Under the pieces are notes generated by a model. That model saw only the letters and a program-made list of their open reading frames with translations, was not told the origin of the DNA and searched no databases. Shown here piece after piece: positions 14,601-23,619 of a stretch of 64,000 bases of DNA (position 1 is the first letter of the stretch; the number at the start of each line of letters is the position of its first letter). The position numbers were made by a program, and so were the translations under genes. Location: the NCBI GenBank assembly GCA_002633005.1, contig NMRA01000368.1, forward strand, positions 234,166-298,165, written 5' to 3'. The stretch is from Phoronis australis. Taxonomy: Eukaryota; Animalia; Phoronida.

Positions 14601-17600
14601 GACCAAGCCTTCTTTGGCCGGGCAGAAGAGTAACTAATCATAATAACCATTTATTGACGGAAAGTGGTATCATTGGATAGGAGAATGACTGGGGTTTCTA
14701 TTGGTATGCAATATGATTTACTTAAAACAGAAATAATGAAAACACTGAAGAGTGAACACAAATTTCCGAACTTTTGGATATGTGTTTATTTTGTTGCCTA
14801 TACACGTACGTGCTCGAAATTAACTCGGCTCATTGGTCATGTCATAAATTGTGCCCCACGATACAGTGAGACGAATATCTCACTTTATCTGACAAGCGTA
14901 AATTCTTGCAGCATGCAGGCGAGCTGGGTTAAGTGCTTAGCCTATTATAATTCATAATTGCATTTCCTGGCAACAACCAATCTCTCTCGCTGGAACTCCC
15001 TAACCGTGTGTACTACATTTATTTCGTTTACTACCAACGTAAATAACAAGTCAGTCTGCATTTCGCTAGCGTTGAGTTGTAACCTGAGCTAAAGTTCACT
15101 CAAAGACGACAGGTCAGCCTGAGCAATCCTCAGCGCTTGTCCTAATTTCAGTACAATCAGCGTTGCTTTTTCGTAACGAGAGTCGTATAAAGGAGGTAGA
15201 CATGCATATCGGTTTTTCATATTCTTCTATAAAATGTGTAAAATTTATTGTTACAGGGTGTTAGATGTTTCGGAAATCCCGAGGAAACATGGAACAAGTT
15301 TTTGGGTCATCCATTGATCCAAAGAAAAATACCGTTTTTTTAATCCCTCTTCCAACAAATGCTGTCACGTGTTTTCAAAAACTTACCGTGGTCCCGTTCA
15401 TGGCACCAATAATTACTTAAAGGTGTAAATCTATTGTGTATGTATCTTACTGTACTTTTTGGATTTGCCAAATACGTAATATTCACTTCATAACCCTAGG
15501 AGGGCTTTGAAGTTCCTTTATATAAGATTTCAAATTGTACCATGATTTGGTTTGATCAATTCATGACAGAAAAAAATTCATCAATTGTATTGCCTCTACC
15601 GTCAAATAATGAATTGGGATCAATGCGTTCGAAGTTTTGCAAACATCACATTCTTCTTTTGGTCACCTCAGACTGAAAAGTATGCATGTAATGCTCCAGT
15701 GTTACCAGTGTGCATGGATAACTGTACAATTGTTCATTCTGACATAGATTTTACGTGTAGTGGTGTGAAAATTGGCAATTTGTGGTTAAAACGTATGTGC
15801 TATCGTGTGGGTTGTGTAGTCAGATTCCGTTCAAATGAGCTGAACCGTTTTGTAGGGTAATGGAATTTTCAAATTTTATCAAAATGACCACTTTGCAATT
15901 TTTCGAATTAATTAAAATGTTCACGGCGAAACGCAACTGAAGAATCAAAGCCTATGTTTATGAAAAAGTTTTTGAATTGTGAAAAAATTCTAAAATATAG
16001 TGTTAAGACAGAATTTTCTTCTACAAGTAAATTTGTTTTAGACGGGCATAAAACAGTACTAGGATGGCAAGGGATCGTACAATTTTAAAGTAAATGAGAG
16101 CTGGCTGTATGAATTGCTTTGTGAGAATGACTTTTTGCTGTGATGCCTTTGTACTGTTTCAGTTCACGTTGACGAAATTATGACCAAAGCAAAGGAAATA
16201 GAAGAAGGAATTTCGAGGTTGCATCAGAAAAAAGGCAATGTGATGGATCTATTGCCTAAAGCGGGAAAAATTGACTCCTGCACGGGTAAGTTCAATCTTT
16301 AGCCTGGTTATCGCTCCTCTCCAAAATTCACAGTGGCTGTATTTCACTATTTGCTAATGATGTTCCATAATCTCACTATTGCAGTTTACCTGGAATTCAC
16401 AGGAGGCTCAGTTTCTTCTCGCAGTGATTTTGTGTGTGTCCATGTATCCTCCCAGGACAATTTGTGACTCCACAGTAAAGATTTTTGAATCGATAGTATG
16501 AGTTGTTTACTCACCACACTGGTTCACAAAGGTTGCAAGAGATAAGAACTTAATTATACATGTACATATACATATATTCACTGCCTTGTACATCTAAGGT
16601 ACAGTGGGGTGTTCGGTTGACTAGTACCATCTCACCATAGCAGAGCTTAGAGAACTCGGATCCGGCGGTTAATCTGCCTCCTCTTGGTCATAGAAATGAC
16701 TTGGCAAGGTAGACTGGCCCTCCCAATAAGTGCACAGGCTGCTCCCCAATCACAAAACATTTTTATACTTTTATATTTTACTCCATGTTGATGTCCTCTG
16801 GATAACAGCAACGCATTGATGAATTCACTCTACGCAAATCCTGTGCTGTTCGTTCTTATTAAATAAGCAGAAATGAAGCGAGACGTAACAGGCTAGTGAT
16901 TTTCCAAATAAAGAAGTCAATCACTAAGGAACCTGACTGTATTTTTGGCTTGAACGAAGCCGACTGCACGATGCAAGTTGGAGTCAAACTAACATTACGG
17001 TTGTGAACTATCAGCCTAGATGTAAAGTGTATGACTTATATGCCAAGACAAAGGTCCCGGACACAAAAACAGCTGTTCCGTGCCCAAACTCAAAACAATT
17101 CCACCACGGGGGTTTGGTCTAGGACTACACAGAGTTTCAGGACGATCGGCCACGTCGTCTCGGCGCCTTAGTGGGTACTTAAAGAATTTTGCTTACCGGG
17201 TATTAAATTCACAGGATCGCTTCTCATGGTGCCTTCAAACTTTTGTTTCCTATTTTGTATCAAGACTACTCTTAAAATTCCTTGTGAACCGCCCGGGCGT
17301 TCTGCTTATCACAGTTCTTTTCTCATGAACACGCCGGATTACCCGCTGCAATTGTTTTTTTGTGTACCACCATGAATCTGTTCTCTCTGTATCATTCGTA
17401 CATGTAGTTGAAATTCTGAAAACTAGGGCAACCTCCCTGGGTGTGCACGGTCGCATTCTTGCTGCCCCATATCCCACACGAATATGCATGGTGTCATTTG
17501 TCTCCGAGGGTTTTCGTTGTTATTAGTGTTTTTATTTTAAGTGGCAGTTATTATCACACGTGCGTAAATGTAGCCGCACCAGCAGTCGTGGTGGTGGTAC

Positions 17601-20600
17601 TGATGCTTGTACCGTTGGTATTTTTAGATGATCAACTTAAGCAGCTTTCGGAGAAAGAGGAGAAATTGAAGAGTAATTACAAGAAACTCACAGAAATCAT
17701 CCAGAAGGAAGAAATAAAACAAAAACATGAAAGTATGTAGAAGCTATATTTGTTCCTTATACATGTATGTGTCCTTGGAGCATGTGTCAGTCTAAGAATC
17801 CTTCACAAAAAGAATTCATCCCCGAAGCTTGAAAAAACAAGCAGAATTTGAAATCATGTGACAATTACGTTTTTGTAAATGCATTTATGTCTCATTTCTG
17901 AAAAAATAGCATTGTTTTATCAAGCCATGGATATGTTCGCATGCTCTTCAAACTGGAACAATCCGTCTCGAATGGGTGGTTAACCTGAAACTGGCGCCTC
18001 TTTTTTGAAATTCCATATAATATGCAAATCCGCAGTTGCGAGTCTGATGTCTGTTATCGATGCTTTAACATAAATTGTGGGTTAATTTTTGATAAGTTTC
18101 TACTAGATATGTGTTAAGAGTAATTGTGAACGAGAACCGTTATGGAGGGACCCTGTTTTGTTTCCACTATATTGGCGATTTCTCGGTTAAGAGTTATATT
18201 GTTTGCAGGCCAATCTTCAGTTGATTACAGTTCCGAGAGTAACTCTAGGAAAGAAAATTTGCAGTTAATAGCACGAGTGAATCTTATTGAAAAGGGCGTT
18301 TTCGAGGAAGCAGGTTAGTATACGTTTCTTGTTAGAATGGAAATTTTCCCTTTTCAGATTGAAAAGTTACTTGCCGTATGACGCGTTTTGACACCCACGC
18401 GCCTTCTTGGGACAACTTTTTGACACATAGTTTTATCCAAAATAGTAATTTGGTACACGGTGTATTCAGTTACCAATCCTTTACACGGCGATCGTTATTC
18501 CATAACAGTGAAACTATGATACTGGTCAATTTCAATAAAAGCAAGTGCTATCAACAGCAAATAATCAAGTTTGCATTTCAGAGCGACAACTTGAAAGGTT
18601 GGAGGCGAGGGAAGCAGAATTGGCAGCATCATTCAGAGATCGTTCTGCGACTGGAGGATCGTCATCAGTATGTGAAATACTTCAGCAACTGGGAGATGTT
18701 TACAAAGAACGAGGTTTGCTGACTAAGTCCACACAACACATCGCAACAGCTTCTGCATTATATAACGCGGCTTTCGTTGGTGAAAAGGAAGCTGATTCTG
18801 TTCGGAATCTTGAAATGCTGTTGAGAGAAAACGAAACCGCTTTCTGCCGAATTTTATCCTTATCAGATGGTATGCTACCAGTTGAGTTCAGGTCAAAGGT
18901 TATTGACAGGTTAGAGACTCTTAGACTTGGCGTGACCTCTGAAAGTAAACAGTTACTGGACAACTTTTCGGAAAATCTTAAATTTGATGCACCACACGAT
19001 GAAAGAACTGATATAGAAAAGGCGTTTGTGATCGAGACCAGAAAGCTCTCTCAACGTGTAAGCGATGAAATAGCATCTTTGTGTGAAGAGTTCTTGTCAA
19101 AAAGTTGCGAAATACTGGGTCCACCACCTCACGAATATGCTGTCATTGCCTTTGGGTCCTTGGCAAGGGGCGATATTACACCAAGTTCAAGTAGGCCTAT
19201 TAAACTGGGTATTCTTTGTGAAAACGATTGCAGAGATGTCGAGTATTTTAAAAACATGATGAATCTTGTCCACGTATTTGGCCATAATGTGGGAGAAACA
19301 GATGTTAGTACTTTGAACATCAAATCACTGAACGACAATGTTACACTAGGTCGTGTAACAACTCCCGGATTCTCACTCGACAGTTCTTTTCCTCATTCGG
19401 ACGCAACAGGGCAGGAAAGAAACACATTAATTGCGACTCCCACCCAAATGACAGAGATACTTGACTATGGCTCATCGTCATCACGTGGTCATGAGTTCAT
19501 TGATGTCGTTCAAATCCATGGTAGCGCTGGCGGCGATTCACTATTTAAGGAATTTGAGTACATGAAATCTAAAAAATCGGCAAGCAGAAAAGGAAATCTC
19601 TTGTCGGAAATTCAAAATTGCAAAGGAGACATGTTTGTCGTAAGCCTTTTTAAACCACTCTTTCGTCTGGAAAACAACAATGTGTGGGAAAGGCTTAATG
19701 AAATGAGATCCAAGGCATTTTTGTCAGACGAAGCCACGCACAATTTACAAGTGGCGTTATCGATAAGCGCGCTCTTCAGACTGCACGGACAGACTAGTGA
19801 CGGGGAGCAGAATGAATGGCACACTGTAAGCCAGCTCTTATCAATTCTTGCGAGCGGTAACTCTGAACAAGGAGAAGCGCCGAAGTACAGCAAATACAAC
19901 CCTGTCATTATCAGATACTGTTGTACGGCTTTGCCTTTTTTTGCCTTTTTGTGCAAACAGGGTTCTGATTTTGAGCTGGACACCGAAATAAAAAAACAGA
20001 AGTTCTGCGATGAGTTTCTATTAAAAATGGGTGGGGTACTCATATTGTCACAGGTCAGTGAAGACAAAGGTGAGCATAGTATTGAAGAGTATCTTAAATC
20101 CTTAAGTGTCGCAGGTGAGGCTAGCAGTGATACTATGGAGGAGATAGCAACGGAATGGTTGAACCGAATAACTGGGACAGACCACAGCAATACCTCTTCC
20201 CAGGACTCGGCAGACGTTGGGTTTTCAAGTAGTTTTGACGATGCCGGGTGTCATATACTAGCGCCATGTTTGTACATTATGGGACAAATGTACAGTAAAA
20301 TGGGTAAGCATCAATTGGCCTTGAATTATTACCACAAATCACTGATTCTCTGGAAAAGACTTTATGGTGAACGCGATAGGCACGAAGTTGCTGCATGTTT
20401 CAATGGCATCGGATGTGCACACGTGAGTTTGGGCGATTACAACCAGGCCCTAAAGTTCCTTAAGGAATCCTTGGATGTGACGAAGAGAATCACTGGAAAC
20501 AGAGATGACAGCAAAATTGCTCTATGCTTAAATAACATGGGGAACGTTTACTTGGACAGGGGAGATTACAAATCCGCTCTGGAATGTTACAATAACTCGC

Positions 20601-21526
20601 TGAGTATGATGAAACGACTTCCTGGAGATGAAAATCGAGCTGATATGGCGTCTTGCTTGAACAACATGGGTAACTTGTGTAAAACGTTGGGCCAGCACGA
20701 TTTAGCCATGGAACACCTTGAGGAGTCGTTGAGGTTAATGCGAAGAAAGTACGGTGAAGTAGATCACCCGGAAGTTGCATCGGCATTGAACAATATTGCA
20801 AGTGTATACCTGGCTAAGGGCAAATACCAAGTTGCATTGGAATCTTTTAAAAAGGCTTTGGCAATGAGGAAGAGAATACTTGGAGATGTTGAAGATTCTG
20901 ACATTGCATCATCTATGAATAACATAGGTGGTGCGTACTATGAAATGGGAAACTACAATGAAGCTTTAACATACTTAAAACAATCACTGAAAACTTTAAA
21001 GAAAATAATTGAAAAAAAAGATCACCCTGACATCGCGCACTGTTTGAGTAACATAGGAAGTGTGTATAGTAAAACGAATCAATACGAAAAAGCTTTGGGA
21101 TATTTCAAAGAATCATTGGCTATGTTGAGAAAGATCCATGGTGATGCTCATCCAGATGTTGCGTCATTTTTGAATAATATTGGGAATGTGTACAGTCGGA
21201 TGGGGAATTACGGAAGCGCGCTGAAGAACTACAAAGATGCACTGACGATCTGGCAGAAGGTCCATGGAGATAATTACCATCCTAACATGGTCACGTGCTT
21301 ACAGAATATGTCGGCTATGTGTGCAGGACTCGACAAAGTTGATCTAGCCAAGCAGTATGCAAGAGACTCGCACTATGTTAGGAACAAACTTGAGTCTGGT
21401 GGACATAAGGTGGATGTTAATTCAAGACTAGCAAAGGGTAATTTGAATGCAGCTTCTTCCTCAAGTTCGTTTTTACCTTTCACAGTAAACCAAATAGGAC
21501 ATCCTCTAAGGTACTGGCGGTGTTAG
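5450..21526 (+). CDS. Spliced gene, about 1449 aa: 2x RHIM-like motif - TRADD-N-like domain - coiled coil - DUF294-like (pseudo)nucleotidyltransferase - 9x TPR. join(5450-5600,6755-6913,9419-9700,10804-10884,12241-12303,13211-13546,16163-16285,17628-17732,18209-18313,18582-21526)
   Basis: Every exon is bounded by a pyrimidine-rich ...ag acceptor and a gt donor (gtaacg, gtgagt, gtaatg, gtaatt, gttcgt, gtaagt, gtaagt, gtatgt, gttagt). All junctions are phase 1 and join into one open 4350-nt frame. ATG context is aacaATGG. The small exons are less certain than the large ones. Confidence 0.8.
5727..6478 (+). repeat. Diverged direct duplication of about 170 bp in intron 1 (5727-5894 and about 6271-6478)
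   Basis: Shared blocks acaaagtgtcatct, catccct.tcaacctccct, aaaccggg, gactgagtaatgagtaatttcactggttat. Confidence 0.75.
5940..6016 (+). mobile_element. Degenerate tRNA-derived SINE head
   Basis: B-box GGTTCGAGTCC at 5996-6006 with T-arm-like context; no intact cloverleaf. Confidence 0.4.
6755..6913 (+). CDS. Exon 2 with RHIM-like motif 1 (LSIFDNVDNLQMGNNNTMI)
   Basis: Acceptor atttcag, donor A|gtgagt; 159 nt symmetric phase-1 exon; core LQMG at 6859-6870. Confidence 0.8.
9419..9700 (+). CDS. Exon 3 with RHIM-like motif 2 (VAVLRDVKNAQIGNCNKMMV)
   Basis: Acceptor tatttcag, donor G|gtaatg; 282 nt phase 1-1; core AQIG at 9526-9537. Confidence 0.8.
10804..10884 (+). CDS. Exon 4 (GASDGCSAEPEPTHDIKLNELVTEAID), linker
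   Basis: tttttggtttcag acceptor, G|gtaatt donor, 81 nt open in phase 1. Confidence 0.7.
11290..11429. repeat. Minisatellite, about 4 copies of a 35-40-bp unit (gaaattcagtccatcgaatt...)
   Basis: Recurring ttcagtccatc core at about 11293, 11328, 11368 and 11411. Confidence 0.75.
12241..12303 (+). CDS. Exon 5 (DAEHLVDSSSRLLQHIDSDSQ), linker
   Basis: Strong acceptor tttttgctttttcag, donor G|gttcgt, 63 nt open in phase 1. Confidence 0.65.
13211..13546 (+). CDS. Exon 6, TRADD-N-like domain (WKVIFLKSGCIEITFECTSLEDVEDLRKQLLDGHLDGNLKRAFMTEEV...DFDISIEV)
   Basis: 336 nt phase 1-1, donor A|gtaagt. The pattern G[SC]hxhxhxCxSLxxhxxL...GxL...hTEE..h.h.h resembles the TRADD-like N-terminal domain I recall from invertebrate death-fold and NLR proteins. 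Confidence 0.75.
13955..14615 (+). mobile_element. Internally deleted Tc1-like DNA transposon in intron 6
   Basis: Inverted repeats tggtctcaaagtaaatgttgcaaatt (13967-13992) and aatttgcaacattcactttgagacca (14580-14605). Internal peptide LLTQEWNAITQLRITRLVNSMRRRSVAVLTA matches the Tc1 transposase C-terminus (EEW..I.Q..I..L..SM.RR..AV). Confidence 0.75.
16163..16285 (+). CDS. Exon 7, helical/coiled coil (IHVDEIMTKAKEIEEGISRLHQKK...)
   Basis: tgtttcag acceptor, G|gtaagt donor, 123 nt phase 1-1. Confidence 0.75.
17628..17732 (+). CDS. Exon 8, coiled coil (DDQLKQLSEKEEKLKSNYKKLTEIIQKEEIKQKHE)
   Basis: tttttag acceptor, A|gtatgt donor, 105 nt phase 1-1, heptad-like E/K-rich peptide. Confidence 0.78.
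18209..18313 (+). CDS. Exon 9 (SQSSVDYSSESNSRKENLQLIARVNLIEKGVFEEA)
   Basis: gtttgcag acceptor, G|gttagt donor, 105 nt phase 1-1. Confidence 0.7.
18582..21526 (+). CDS. Large terminal exon: helical region, DUF294-like NTase fold (about 19110-19500), DUF294_C-like helices (about 19650-19820), nine 42-43-aa TPRs (about 20258-21380)
   Basis: Uninterrupted frame of about 980 codons; acceptor ttgcatttcag ends at 18581; motif GPPPHEYAVIAFGSLAR...LGIL; repeats of type HPDVASxLNNIGxVYxxxGxYxxALxxxKxSLxMxKKI. Confidence 0.93.
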
Positions 21527-23423
21527 TACTCCGAACGAGGATACCCATGTGTTGCGTCATGCATTCGAACACTTGTCCAGCGTAGATACAAATCCTTCAA
21601 TGGTGCACTATACAGGACCAGGTGTATTAGGCACCATCCTCGTTTGGTTGTGTTCTTATGTTATTGTACTATGTTGAACAAAATGTATTTGGTGAAGAAA
21701 ACACGGTAGTCTAGTAATCGAGAGAGCGTGTTCTGGAATTTAAACATTTACATGTACATGTACGTTGAATTTTAAAGAATTGGAAGCACGTGACGTAAAA
21801 AAGATTTGGCAATTTTGTTGATTTTGGCTTGATTAAGCGTTGCTTTTTGTGGGTGATTTATTTTTCCATGGAGACAAGAAAACAACACAATTCGATTAGA
21901 ATTGATAGCTTAGACAACACAGGAAAATTGGCAAAGAATTCCCAGTGTGGCGGAATCGAAGGAATCATTATCGGCGACAAAATCCCAACTCTGCACTACA
22001 AGTTGACTTTCTTAATATTGTTTGCCCAACAACTTTTTCAGTTTGATGGTACGTTTACGGAGGTCATGACAGAGGCACGTCTGTATAGTGAATGCATTTC
22101 TCAGGGGCTTGCTAATGAGACCTATTTTAAAACATAGCTTTCTTGACAAAGCGTCCATCAAATGTAAACAATATGTGTTGTACTGTTATAAAACTGGCTA
22201 TGTTATGCAGACCAGTTTCACGAACTAATCATGTTTATGCTAATGCACTCTTCATTTTTATTACCTTCAAATTAGTGTTTTCAACAGACAATCGTGTTTA
22301 AGGCATGTTTGCCGAGCACAAAGTTTGTACGTCCGTGTGTATGTTTCACTACTAAAATGCTCTGGTTGTCTTGATGGCATATGCACGTTAGATTTGCGTC
22401 AGTTTGGGCGTATATACTCCACTTCCACTTAGCTTTTGATTAGGTTAAGTCATCACTATGCGTGTACTGTGGATTAATAGAATGACGTAGTTTGTAAAGA
22501 AGGTTCTGCGATCACACCGTTTCTAGGACTCACATTAATTATGAAGTCGTTCCATCACTTCCTTACCGATTTGTCCATGCTTCAGCCCATTATACATATT
22601 TCTTACAGTTCTTGAGAGCAACATTTCGTTTGGTGGTCTTAAAGTAAATTTGACCACTAAAAAAGCTTAGCTAAGTGATGCCGTATAAAGACGAAATTTG
22701 ATCTTCGAATTATTTATTTTACCTGATCCAGGTCAGCTGGTCTAAACAAATGTCTTAAAGTCGCTATATCTCATTAAATCGTGAATATGTGAATGGACTA
22801 CTAGTTTACAAACAATTCTGGGTCATCCGGTGTGCCGGAAAACAAACAAGAACCAGATACCATTTCACTCTTGCGAAAGTTTCGTTTTGCGAGACTAAGT
22901 TTTGTAAATGAGTATGGTAATATCTCATCTTTACCTCATCAAAACAAGGCACAGTTTATATTATTTGTTCCTTTCGCTATCAATAACGATTGCGTAATAC
23001 TTGGATTTACTAGATTTTCTACATGTTCACACTTGATTTTAATTGTATCAAATCTGGTGTTTTCTTTTAAACCTTACTTTATTTATAACTTGTTTCTTTT
23101 CCTGATTATACTTGTACACACAGTTCTCCAGGAAATCACAAGGTGGGGCTTGCTAAAAATATAAATATTCACGGTTTTAGTGAGACATAGCATGTTTAAG
23201 ACCAAACATGTATAACGATAGAAGGAAGTCTTAATCTACGCTTTGATTATTAAGTTTAAAGTAGGTGAATTCTATTGGATAACTAGATCACAGTTAACAT
23301 CAACATTGACTTACTGTGTTTGAATTTGATGCATAAAAATTGACGATGATACACATGTATCTATCCAATCGAGTGGCTTTAACACATTTGTGTGACTATT
23401 TTGTCTTATATAGATGTGTGATC

Positions 23424-23429
23424 AATAAA
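23424..23429 (+). promoter_or_regulatory. Candidate polyadenylation signal of the RHIM-NTase-TPR gene
   Basis: First AATAAA I could find downstream of the stop codon, followed by a T/GT-rich tract; implies a 3' UTR of about 1.9 kb. Confidence 0.35.
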
Positions 23430-23619
23430 TATTTGTGCTTAATAATCTGTATTTTACAATTTCACATGTTCATCTTGCGTTAGTCCGTAACAAAATCAAT
23501 TTATATTTTTCAAAATTCTCTTCGTCACGGTGTTAACCTTGAAGCTAACCAGATACGATAAAAATGCCGATAGTGATAAGCGGTTTTCCACCGAAAACAC
23601 ATTCAATTCGAGATCTTAA

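Noticed and set aside
18545-18581. N-terminus of the 993-aa ORF (GTG start) as a stand-alone single-exon gene
   Set aside because: GTG is not a normal eukaryotic start; the segment ends in a good acceptor (ttgcatttcag) and is intronic in the spliced model
18700-20801. Minus-strand ORFs of 87, 69, 192 and 103 aa
   Set aside because: Antisense shadows of the large coding exon with no recognisable motifs
21470-21523. Third RHIM at the C-terminus (FTVNQIGHP)
   Set aside because: Only QIG matches; it lacks the hydrophobic first core residue and the downstream xxN-x-h pattern
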